From NCBI RefSeq assembly GCF_003704095.1, contig NW_020844031.1, positions 434,001 through 498,000 on the forward strand: DNA of 64,000 bases, given 5' to 3'. Of the stretch, positions 27,201 to 39,100 are shown in pieces. The position numbers were made by a program, and so were the translations under genes. Within the stretch, counting starts at the first letter, position 1, and each line of letters begins with the position of its first letter. The notes beneath the pieces are model-generated. The model did not search any database. It was not told where the DNA came from and saw only the letters and a list, made by a program, of their open reading frames with translations. This DNA comes from Pocillopora damicornis. Lineage: Eukaryota.

Positions 27201-29110
27201 ATTATCAGATAATCATTTCATACACAATGTAGTCAATTCTTCATACCTTCTTTTTAGCCAGACGGACTGTACTTGCTATATCATCTCCAAAGTTAAGTTT
27301 CTGTTCTTTGGCTAAATCATAGGCTGGTTACAGAACAAACAATGATAGTGAACACCTTTTTGCTTGAGAGAACTTCATAGTTGATTTATATCTACCCTGT
27401 ACAATAGTTAGGCTCACTGACATTAAATGGACATACAGAAAGTCCCTAAGGACTAAAGGAGCTGTTCTATGATTGGAGCAGAGATTGGGGCTTTCATGGC
27501 ACCCTAAAAAGGCAACTAATGCAGAGTGTTAAAGTCTGTTTCTCATTTACAACCAGATTGCTATCTGCAGGTGATCATAGCAGAGGGGAACCCACATAAT
27601 ATTTCCATGCTACTGTTAGCTGTAAATTTTAAAGTGAATGAAAGGGATTTACCACAAGCTTTGAAGTTCTTACCGTATTCCAAATTACACTCTATGCCAA
27701 GTTTGAATGTCTAACAGCCCAATTGAAAAAACTCAAAATCAAAATTTTAACCCTTCACACCCTAACATCAACATACAAGTTCTCAATACTGTTCTCTACA
27801 CATTTCATATGGTCCTTACAAGGAAAATTTGTCTAAAAATCAAGGGCTTCTTGAATTTGTGATCATTTCCTTTATTCTCATTAACACAATGTTTGATTCA
27901 AGGGTGATACTATGGGAAGAAATTAGATGCTTATCACTCTTTAAGGGTTAAGATAATCCTTTTTTTCCACCTCTTTTTAAACTTGCAAGTGCTTCATCAT
28001 AATTCTCCTGTTCAAGGAGTGCCTGCCCAAGGAAGAAATGTGCCTTGACCAGGTTCACATCAAGTTCTATGGCACGACGACAGTCACTTATGACCTGAGA
28101 CCACTTCTTAAGTTTGAGATGACACAAAGCCCGATTTGTGAAGTATGTTGGAACTGTTGGATTCTTGATCTAAAATAGAGAAATTGAAATAATGGTGAAT
28201 TTGTGGAAATTTCCTGATGGAGCTAATAGATCAAGAAGAAAAAGAAGTATTCAAAAATTTCATTAAAAAAAGGAATTACTGTTTAATCACATATTTGGAC
28301 ATTTACTGTATTCATCAAAGAAAATGAAACAATGATTAAATCTTATTTCATAATGTAGAGAGTTTATCGGCTTCTGATTTAAGCAAACTATTTTTCAACT
28401 GTGTAATGTATCTGAAAATGAAACTGATTACACTTCTGCGTAAAATATTGTGCCCTAGTTTTTAGATGAGTGACTCAGTCTTAAACAAACCTTTTCAGAA
28501 CTTTTCTATCAGAAGGCACACCACATGAACAAGTGTTACATTTGAAAAGCTTTTAGCAGGGGAACGGAAAGCCACAACGTATCGTAGACACCGAAATTTT
28601 AGGAGGTTACAGAAAATTAAATTATATTTTCTTCAGATTTAAAAAATCCTCGCATCGTCCTAATCCTTTACTCTCCAAAATCAGAAAATAACAGACAAAT
28701 TAACTATGCTATTATGTCAATGGCGAAAAAAAATCCGCAAATGAAAATCACTATTTTTTTTTCTTTTTTTCCTGGTATCAAACTCGAGCTTTCCATAGGC
28801 ACGATCCAGTTCACAATTATAAAATTCGTGTGATCATGAAACTGGCAAGTAAAAGCGAGACAACTGATTTTATAAACTGCCATCACTATTCTCCGGATGG
28901 CCAACGCCAACTTTCAAATGTAATAGATAAATCTAAGTCAAAACTTCGAAGAAAACAAACCACAAATTCTTAGATGTAAGGCGATTTAACTGAATGTGAA
29001 TGAACGTGATTTCAACCTACAATAGCCTTTGTGTAACATTGCGCTGCATCATCGTAATGCCTGCCGCTAAAAAGACGATTTCCCTGTTCTTTGAGGTCTA
29101 TGGCCGTCAT
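24260..29110 (-). CDS. STUB1: E3 ubiquitin-protein ligase CHIP (TPR + U-box), 9 coding exons
   Basis: Exons 29110-29021, 28169-27971, 27323-27247, 26988-26900, 26387-26324, 26206-26150, 25407-25325, 24843-24810 and 24388-24260 are all phase-consistent: [19 protein letters not shown]..., [71 protein letters not shown]...[12 protein letters not shown]. Confidence 0.97.
24968..25031. repeat. Short tandem repeat (~19-bp unit CCTTCCTCACACTCTCTCT, about 3 copies)
   Basis: Directly visible in a STUB1 intron. Confidence 0.75.
25660..25900 (-). mobile_element. Degenerate SINE (cnidarian tRNA-derived type)
   Basis: GCTAGTCCATCACAAGGTTACC...CACCCATTTAT..GGGTGGAGAGAGGCA...CCCAAGAACACA resembles a common anthozoan SINE core from recall; related fragment at 51478-51635. 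Confidence 0.55.
26411..26622. mobile_element. TTAA-flanked piggyBac-type MITE (coral CMITE-like), subfamily A
   Basis: TTAACCCTTTAACTC...GAGTTAAAGGGTTAA termini; homologous inverted copy at 30324-30539. Confidence 0.85.
26623..26820. mobile_element. TTAA MITE, subfamily B, abutting the previous element
   Basis: Internal TGATCATTTCCTTTATTCTCAT...GAAATTAGATGCT shared with 27747-27951, 39258-39469 and 44928-45136. Confidence 0.75.
27747..27951. mobile_element. TTAA MITE, subfamily B
   Basis: TTAACCCTT...AAGGGTTAA termini, ~205 bp. Confidence 0.85.
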
Positions 29111-29638
29111 TCCAGTACACCTCTTGCGTCTATAACATCTCTTGTGATTAATATTTGTGTTAAAATTTTTAAAACAAACCAACCAAACTTAGTCCTGGCA
29201 CTTCGGCTGTTGTGATGTATCGCGCGACCGCAAAGGAGGCTTAGGGTGTTTTTTTACTAGGGTAGGGATGGAAATTTTTGTCGCAATAGTGCCGGGTAAA
29301 TGAATGACTCGCTCGTTATCTAACTAAACAGATGACATTGTCGATCACATTCGAGCCTTGTGTCACTATTGTTCCTGCTCTGTAAGAAATCTTTGGACCT
29401 TTGAAATCTTAAGAAAATTTCTTGCCAATGCAAAATTTTTTTAAAGAAAATATGCCCGGATGCGACGCACATATATAGCGGTGAAATTATGAGTGTGGAA
29501 TGACTCTTAAAGGCTCTATTCCGGCACACACGTTTCCAACTGAACAGCAAAGTTGAAGTCTTTTTCAATCAGGTTTTACGATCGACAGTTGCACTTGGAC
29601 GGAATATTTCTTCTGTTTAAAGACAGTCGATTTGAAAC
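29111..29638. promoter_or_regulatory. Bidirectional promoter / 5' UTR region shared by STUB1 and MMD
   Basis: Divergent ATGs at 29110 (-) and 29639 (+) only 528 bp apart; CpG-containing segment between CpG-poor gene bodies. Confidence 0.7.
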
Positions 29639-32600
29639 ATGGGTTGCTTTAGCTGTTCGAGGTAAGATGATTTTAATAATTAACTTTATGGGCTTTACAT
29701 ATCCGCATAGTTCATACTAGCATATTCTAAAGATTTCCTTTTAAAAAAAGGTTTTCTTTCGTCAGTAAGTAATCACAGTAAGCCTATTATTTGTGTAAGA
29801 AATTTATCTTAATTTTGAATTGCCTTTTTTGGAAATAATACTGTACTTGATCAACATTGCTGGAAACATTTCTGGCCTCATCAGTCAAGTTAAAACTCAT
29901 GAGTCAGTTTTCTATTTAGCCAAGGTCAGATGGGGAGGGGAGATTAGCAGGGCGCTCAGAAACCCTTTTGGAAAACAAGGAATCTCTGTTTTGATCTAAT
30001 TTTGAAATAACAGAGCATCATCGACCTTTTATTTCTAAGGGCATATCATCCATCTCATATACCATATACCAAGCATGCTGTGAAGACAGATAGACGTGAA
30101 TAATGAGCCTGATCATTAGCCTGACCTAGGAGATGAGTCGGCCTCTCATGTCACTCTCAAAAACCCATTACAGCAGGCTTAAAACTTGAACAAGGGTGCA
30201 AAATACTATCATGCAAAAATAAAGTTTTGTCATGTTGGTGGAGGAGGGGGGATGCCCTTGCTAGTTGCTGGAAAATGGGGTCAGGGTCATCCTTACTCAG
30301 TTCAAATTCAAAGTAAAACTGACGTAACCCTTTGACTTCCAAGATCTGATTGTTAATTCTCCCCTTTAGCGGCTATAAATTTCCTTGTAAATTATTGACA
30401 AGAACTTGGTGATACAGAGATCAAGGTGACATCTTCTGCTGGAAAAGTTTAAGTATTCCCATGACCTATTTGCTGGATAATGTATGGATATTCTAGGGAG
30501 AAGTTACATGTTAATCACTTCTGCGAGTTAAGGGGTGAATGGTATATTACCCAGTATTGGCAGTCTTCAGTAAAAAATGTTTATAGAGGAGAATATAAAA
30601 TCTACATTGTAGACAGCACTTTATGGAAATTTATATAACAATATGTTTAAATCTTGTTCCTCAGACTTATGAATCCACCTGCTGGTAAAAATGAGGCATA
30701 TAAACCCACTGTGATTGAACAAACAGCGAATATCATTACCCATGGAGTAAGCACTAAATAAATTAAATATTCCCTTTTGAATAGTAGTTTACAACATGTT
30801 GGAACAGGAAATTTTTAGCCTTTCTGTTTTTTGTTTCAGCTGTTTGTAATGCCAGCTGTTTATGCAGCATTGCGTCTTCACCAAAATTCTAGACTGCTAT
30901 CAGCAAGCCATCGTTTTATTGCTGAAGTGTATGGAACTGCTTTTATCCTTGTCTTCTTGATATCAACTTTATTTCATGTTGTCAGCCTGACTGGAAAGGC
31001 CAGGTGAGATGAGTTACCTACATCGTGTAACAGTTTAACATAAATTGGTCTCAAAATAATTGATAAAAATTGATCTTGACTGTACATTTGGCAGATGGAA
31101 ATTGTCATTTTAACCACAGGTTCACAAAGAAATTAGCAGAGAAAAATCATTCAGTTCTCTTCCATTTAATGTGATAATTTTCTTTATGCATGCCATACAG
31201 TTACAAAAAAATTAACCCTTTAACTCCCAGATCAAATTTGTAATTCTCTTTACTGTTAACCATACAATTTTTATAATGTTAGTTCAGAGAATTTAATATT
31301 GGATCAACCAATTATCCCCAAATTGATATTTTTCTTTATTCTCATTACTTATATATCTGATTGATATTTTATTGATATTGTAAGGAGAAATTCTGTCTTG
31401 GTCACGCGTGGAAGTTAAAGGGTTAAAGCATTAGCCTAATCAGTTTTAGTTCAAATCACTCATATATTCTCTTCCTGATCATAAAGATCACAAAAATTTG
31501 TAAACATACTTTCAATCAAAGGTACCGGTATCCATGAAAAAAAAGGCTGTAAGTGTCTTTTGATGGACAACTAGATTTACCTCTCAAATTGTCTTGTATG
31601 TCCTTGTAAAACAGAGGGAGAAGTTAATGTCTCATCAAATGTCTCTCAGGACATTATTTATTCACTCCATCAATTATTGGTAAATATTGATATTGTAATA
31701 TAATCATACAATTCACATAATACAATAATCTTTTTCTTTTTCAGCTCCTTGAGATTCTTTCTGCATTTGAGTGATCGTGGCATTATTTATTTCTTCATTG
31801 CAGCTTCATACATGCCATGGTGAGTGGATAAAAATTTTGTTTGGAGAAAATTTCAATACTCATTTTCATCAAATCTTACTACGCCAATACACCTTTAAAT
31901 TTTTTCTTGTGTATGATTAAAAAAAAAAACTTCCCTAACCACCCATTGGGAGGCACTGAAATTTTTAAGGGAGGAGGGTTTCAATAATTTATTTTGTGGA
32001 AGGAAATAAGGATTTATTCTCAAGGGTGGAGGAGAGGGTTTACCAAAACTCCTCTTTTACGATTTGCACAGATCTTTTTAGGGACAACATTTATGTTCCA
32101 AGGGCGGGTTGGGGTGAAACAGAATCATAAAGATGATTCTACCCCATATAAATGAGTAACTTCTGTTTTGTTTTCCAGGCTAGTGTTAAAAGATGTTGGC
32201 CAGTATGGAGATCTAATATCCTGGCTTTTATGGTGTCTTGCTGCGACTGGCACTGTTTATACTTACATGTTCCATGAAAGGTAACTGTCCGATCTCAGTG
32301 ATAAACTTGGCTCAACTGCTATCAATATTTTCTGTGTTTTCTTAATTTGTAATTTATTTTGAAATGATTTAAAGGAAGGAAGCTCTTTGCACTCTGTTTG
32401 AAAAGTTTCTGCAATATTGCACTGGCTGTTGTAATCAGTTCATGAGCTCTTTTTGTTTTTAATGTATGGTTATTTTTTCTGTTTGATTTTGTTTGATTTT
32501 GTTTTGCTTTTAGATATAAGACAGTAGAAACTGTTCTGTATCTGATCGTTGGAATATGTCCATCTCTTCCCCTAGCTTTTGCCTCAGTAAGTATATTCGT

Positions 32601-33570
32601 TTCTTTTGAGCCATCCCTTTCCAGCTCTAATCTCTCATCAGGATGCAGATTTGTGCTTTCTGTTAGTGTGTCTTAAACTACCGAGCTACGCTTAGCTACC
32701 CAAAATTTTCTAAACGTCTCGTTCTTGCGAATTTCCCCAACTCACTAGCGGTCAATCTATGTTGGTGACGTAATCGAAATTTGATGAGTATAGCCAATTG
32801 TTGTGGAAGTAGGAAACACAATATTTGCGCGCGTTTGAATATATTTGTCATTTTTTCCTTCTCGATCATGCCCAATAGTCATAGAGATGGCCGTATAGAT
32901 GATAACTCCATGCTGTTAGAATCCCTCTGCCTGCCTCATTTAGCCAATCGCAATGTCGCCACAGCTTTTCTCGCGCTTTTGATTTAAGCTTGTTGTGCAC
33001 AGAGGAATTTCCAACCAACTGATTATAGTAATCCGAAATTGCATTCAACTGGTTTACCATACCTCACTCTTTGATTGGTCTAGTACATTTGTGCCATCCC
33101 GTCAGCCGATTGTTGCAAAAATAAAACCAACTGCGACTTAGTCACTTGCGAATTTCCGCGCTTAAGGCCGTCAGCTGGCATTTTCTCTGGGCTCTCATTG
33201 GTTCCTCCTGCATGCTATTTGCGTTTTATGTCATGTTTAGTCGTTATGATTATCCTGGTTTTAACACACTCAATCAAAAGTGCTCCAGCCACTGTTATTA
33301 ATTTGGTTCGGAATTGTGAAACTCCATCTGAGACTGCTCTTTGTATGTAGGCCTTTTTTTCGAATAACTGTTTTTCCCTTTACACAGACGGACTCCGCTG
33401 GTCTAGCCGAGGTAGCACTGGGAGGAGCCTTTTACGTCAGTGGCGTAGTGTTTTTTAAATGTGATGGACGAATACCCTTTGCGCATGCTATCTGGCATTG
33501 TTTCTGTGCCACAGGAGCATGGTGTCATTTTTATGCTGTCTACACGCATCTATACTTGGAAAAACACTAG
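29639..33570 (+). CDS. MMD: Monocyte to macrophage differentiation factor (PAQR10/11, hemolysin-III family), 7 coding exons
   Basis: Exons 29639-29661, 30665-30746, 30840-31003, 31745-31819, 32179-32280, 32514-32586 and 33388-33570: RLMNPPAGKNEAYKPTVIEQTANIITHG, LISTLFH, DRGIIYFFIAASYMPWL, FHERYKTVE, GVVFFKCDGRIPFAHAIWHCF; PAQR motifs ExxxNxxxH, SxxxH and HxxxH present. Confidence 0.95.
30324..30539. mobile_element. TTAA MITE, subfamily A (inverted relative to 26411)
   Basis: TAACCCTTTGACTTCCAAGATCTGATTGTTAATTCTCC...GAGTTAAGGGGTGAA. Confidence 0.8.
31212..31426. mobile_element. TTAA MITE, subfamily C
   Basis: TTAACCCTTTAACT...AGTTAAAGGGTTAA termini; close inverted homolog at 55862-56073. 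Confidence 0.88.
33070..33287. mobile_element. Degenerate inverted copy of the AGAGCAGTTTTCAAT MITE family
   Basis: TGATTGGTCTAG...CTCTCATTGGT...CTCAATCAAAAGTGCTC resembles the reverse complement of 23022-23298. Confidence 0.55.
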
Positions 33571-36133
33571 TTACGAATTTCCGATCGTAGATCGATTATA
33601 CGTCGGGCATAATCGTGCAACCTGGTCTCCAGTGTTCTCGGATGTTATTGATACTGGATGAGGTGTGATTGCATATTGAACTGTAAGCGGGTTGTGGACA
33701 GAATATTTTGGACTGAATTTCATAGAATGTTTGCACGGAAATAGTAGTATCTCGCAATTTTGAGTGAGGTGTGGAGGAAAAGAAAGGAAACTCTATGTGC
33801 AGTGAAGCGTAAATTTTACTTAGTGTGTAGCAGTTTAATCATATTTATTGAATTCTATACATTGTACAGTGTAGTTCTCGTAAAACACCGACAAAGTTGT
33901 CTTGCTATTTAGGGCTCAGAAAATAAGCAGAGCAACAATAATTCTTACAAAAGAAACATAATTTTTAAGTTTGCAAAAAAATCTTGCACATTACTCATGT
34001 GATCTTCAGTTCCAAATGGTCATTGTACGGTTTTTATTTACACTTAAGAAAAACGTTATGGAACTACGACCTAAGATTACGTTATACAGATTCGGAAACT
34101 ATTGAAATAAAATACAACAGAATCACAGAAAAGCAGTGGCGAGACTATGAAGTAAAACAGGAAAAACCAAAACAAAACTGCCTAAAAAAATTAAAAAAAA
34201 AAAAAAACAAACGTGTACGACATATAATACAGTAAGAATTTAAAAAAGAAAATGAAAACTAATAAAAGCGAAGAAAGTCGGATTATCCTATTCAATATAC
34301 GTGCCCCCTTTTTTTTTATTTGAAAAATTGAGGGGGCAGAACCTGCAATTAGTTTTTTATTCAATTCCTATTTATTCCCGCCGGTGTATTCACGCCTCGA
34401 TATCCTTGGAATAAGAATTGTTTAGGATCCTTGGGTCAAGTAGGAAAACCAATATTTTAACCGTAACTCTTGCTGATTAGCATCATATTCTCTTTAGCCA
34501 ACGTCAGGTCACTGATTTTAATTGAAATTTTAATCAAGTTTTAAATAGTTATGATGTGTAACGCACACTCGCATTAGTCGATAGGTGTGTACAGATAAGA
34601 GCATGGAAGCATGGTGGTGCCGTTTCAGTTTTCCGCATATTTTTAAAGAAATCTTTCATTAAAACATCAGAGGCCCATTAACGTGTCAACATAGCCTCGG
34701 GGGGATTGAAGGATTCCAGAAAGTTATCCAGACCCAAAACGGCGCAATCAAAGTTCTAACCGTCTTTAATTCTCCCAATCCTTTTCAGGCTAAGCGATGA
34801 AAACGCGCAAGAGCTCTTTTAGTATAGCTACTGTCTAGATTTCATGAGAAATTAATTCTTTCCAGGTTATGTATGATAGCATGGCATATCATGTTGAATT
34901 TAAATAATGTCCCGAGCAGAATTTATTTGACTCCAATTGTCTTACCGCAAAGAGGGTTAATTTGAATTGAAGATGTCGAAAACTGAAGAAAGCAGAAATA
35001 AAACAATGAAAATTAGCGGGTATATATTTGTTTGTAAATTTATGTATTTTATAAACCAGTTAGAGTGCCAAGCAACCTTCTGTGTATGAAGTACATGTTG
35101 ATAAATTACTCTTCCTGAATCCACTGTTTCATTATGTTTTCACTTGTGTATGGACTGTCAACAAATTGGGTCACGGTTAGTAAATCTTAGTAAAGCTTAA
35201 AAAAAAGTGTGATGGCACGGGCGGGTCACACGCCTCTCGCCATGAATACGCCACCACCCACGTGGGCCAAAAAATTAACTCTTTTCCCGCGTGCTATTAA
35301 GCTACCAACTGTCTAGACAGCAGTGCAGATATTTTACTCGACGCACACGCCCTCAGCGTTGCAGGACCCGCGTTTCTCCGCCTGGCGAGAATATTTGAGA
35401 CGGGTCGGGGAGGGGTTTGCAGTAGGTTTTGGGTTAGTAAGGGAGTTGAAAGACTGTGCTCAGTGCATTTTGCACGTGGAACTGGCTTCTATATTACTGA
35501 AAATCAGTGACATCCTACATGGAATAAAGCTTTCCACTCCGAATTCTCAAATAAAACGTAACAGATAGTTTTTGAAATAAATTCTGTTTCTGTCAAAGTG
35601 TCTATGGTAGGAAATGGTAACTTTTTTCTCAAACTGACAGGGGAGAAACACTATTACATTCCACTTTCTCACAAGAATATTACAGACATTTCAGAGACCT
35701 TTTTTCTCATATATATAGTGCTGCCGCGAATTTTTATTGTTGTTTAAATGTACATCGAAAGATTTATCTAACATGAAACGTCGTTTCTTGTTATCTTCTA
35801 TCGAAATTGAAGGGGACGTAGCAACTGGGGAGTTCTTTGAGATGTGAATGAGACTTGCAATGCATTTTTAGCGGGGTAGGGTGAGGTTGTTTTTGTCCCG
35901 TCCTGCGCATGCCTAGTTGGCAGTGTAAAAGGATCAAACCCGGGGCGTCGTTTGAGGAGGTATAATAATTTCAGAAACTCTCTCCGAATCCTCACAAAGA
36001 GCTTTTAGTTGGACTTTTACGACCTTGCTTTCTTTTCGCCATTTAATCTGTGGAAGTAGGTAGTCAGAAAAAGGCGAGGACGTCTGATTTCGATTAAGAA
36101 TGAAACAGAAATAGCAGCGATCTACGATCTGCT

Positions 36134-39100
36134 ATGGCTGATCGTGCTTGCAGGAACTTTCAGCCAAATGTCTTCAACAAGAGCAAGTGTCAAAATTGTT
36201 TCAAGCTGCTAGAAGCACACAGCTCCTCAATTTCCGGCCAAGATCCCTCCTTTTCAAGTGCAACGAGGAGAAATTCAACTCAAAAGGTAGCAATGTGTGA
36301 TTGTTTGACTCCGTTCGGATAGCAACCGTCTATTGCCTATGTTATGGTGCTTTCTTGAGGGTTCTGTTTTAACTTGCGCTGGCAAAGATTTCCTTGTTTA
36401 GTCACAGTTCACGATTTTAATCACGAATCTTCTTTAAATTGATTTTAGGTTTATCCAAGGATCAGAACTGTGGTAAAATCTGGCGTTCTCTGTATAACAA
36501 CCCATGAATCCCTCGAGAAGGGAAGAGTTATTCCTTCGGTAAGTTGCAATATCCTTTGCTCCGTTTGTGAATTTTTTGCTAGTTATTTTCTTCAAGGTAG
36601 GCTACCCTATTTTGAATGGCTTATTTTATCGTTTTGTCTTATTTTCAGCGATGGAATAAGCGCTGGTTTGTTCTTAATTCCACGGGGACCCTCGACTTTT
36701 TTTACTACGATGAACAGAAGGTAGGAAATTTAATTTTCACATAGCTGAAATTAACATGGTATTTGTCTAGTGTTAACTATACCAACTAATATATTTAACT
36801 CGAGAGAAATCGAGCACATTCCTCGTCAATACAGCTATTTTGCGCTCATTGTCTACATCTCAGTCCCTTTATAACGACGAAAGAACAACGATAGATTGTT
36901 TTCGAACATTGCGGGAATAATTTTGCGAAGGTCTTTGTTTGTATCACCTATTGAAATTAACAGCGAAAAATATTTTGTTTATAAATTGTTTCCCACATGC
37001 AAATTGAATCCGATGGATCGATATATGTCCATCGCTTAACGTAAATATTTGCCGGCCGTAAAGTATTTTGACACATTAACCTTTAATATTATAATGAAGA
37101 TGTTTTCTGATGTATCAGTAATCTTTTGAAGGATGAATCTGTAGTGAGGCGATCACGTTTGAATAATCACATCTTTACTGATAATCCTGGAAGCTGAAGT
37201 ATGTCAGATTCTTCTCAGTTTTCAAACTTTGTAACGGGAGAAGCACTTTGTAAACATCCCACAAAGCCTTTTAAGTCCTTTTCGCTGTGAGCGGTGTTGA
37301 TTTACCCCAAGCTAAACATAATTTCGGTATGCTCCCTTTCGAGGTATCTTGTTAATCTAATTGTTCCATTTGCCCTCTGGGGAGAGAATATCTTTAGTAA
37401 TATTGCATTGTTTACCTTTTTTTTTTAAAGACTATGTAAGCGTATTTGTTGGGTCTGCTCTGATGAAATAATCACTCAACCAGTTCTGGGCCAAATTTTT
37501 TTTTTTTGGATATTGTTATAAATAATCCATGTCAGTGATGTTAACCTTGAGAGATAAAATTCCCTGTGATCTTATGTCTTGTTGTTACATTGCATATATT
37601 GTGTAATTTGAGCACTCATTTATTTGATCATAACATAGGCAATATTTTACGGTGGAAACTGGAGGCGTAGAAGGAATTTACATTTTTTATCTCTTGTTAG
37701 TATGAATCAAATGTCACATTGGCATTTTTCACACTCTCTTATGCCTTGTAATATCACCAGTGCATTCTTTCTTGTGGACAAATTCTACCTCCCAGAGTGG
37801 AAACTGGGATTTTTTATTTGTGCCTTTTGACACCCAATTGCATGTGGATAACAGCACATCTTCCTTTACCACCTTAAATTTCAGACTGTATAAAGTCTTA
37901 AAAGTAAAGACATTTTGATTTTTTTTTTTGAGATTTGTGTGGTTTTGTACCAACAACATAGAGATTAGTTTGACAATTTATTTTTAAATTTACTCAAGTA
38001 AATGATTTAAATTTGTATTTGTATTATCATCATGATACTCTAACATAACTAAGGGCAGGCAAGTGTTTTTTTTCATTTTTAATTCCAAACATTTTTTGAT
38101 GAGATTCATGAAATATTGAAAGTGTGTGGTCAACTATTTACTCATGAATATCTATAGCAGCTGATGATTGCAAAAATTTAATCCTTGTAAGCTCAATTAA
38201 ATTGTTTTGCCTATATGTGTTATGACAAGTACTGCTCACATATCTCAGATTTGTGTTTAATGCTCTTAAATTGCTTGAATTGTGCTCAGTCTTGGCAGAC
38301 ATGTTAAATATGTGAAAATGTATGAATAAATGCCCTTTAACTTGGAATAATGCTGAGGCAACTAAGAGTGTACAGTATTGGTTGCATTTAATCACTCTGG
38401 TCTGGCCTTACACATTTATACCATACTCATTTCTGTTTTCTGTTCATGTTAACTTTGCATAAATGTTTTCAAGTTAAAACTGTGCTACTGCTAAAAACTT
38501 TGGGATCAAATTATTATTTTTTTTGTATATAAAACTTGTACCCTTGCTTATGAGCAAATGCTCTACTATTAAAGCAATATATTTTTTCATGATTTGGAAA
38601 AAGTTAAATGGGCAGGTCCCCTTTTTTCCAGCATTGGCATCTTCACTCACATAGTGAATAACACAAATGTTAATCAGAGGATTTATTGTAACATTAATTT
38701 TGCAGAAATCTGCACAGTTGGCACATATATCCAGATGTATTCAGAGTTATTTGATGTACATTTTTTTATCATCTTTTTTTAAAAGGGCTGCTCAACAGAA
38801 CGACTTGATGGAAACATTAATCTGGACTTCTGCAGCGGGATGTTTATTGGTGAAGCAGATACTGGAGAGCCTTTTTCAATTGGATTGAAGCTGGGAAAGT
38901 CCACCTATTATCTGAAGGCAGAAAATCGATTGGAATTAGACAACTGGTCGCGAGTACTCAAACCTTTTGTCCAGGCATCTCAGGCATTTATTCCACGAAG
39001 AAGCTCAAGTAGTAGTTCTGCAGAGTCAGATGTGTTTGCGCATAGTGAGTCAAATCATTCAGTGCAAGTTAAAAAGTTTTGCTATACTCATATTTTTGTC

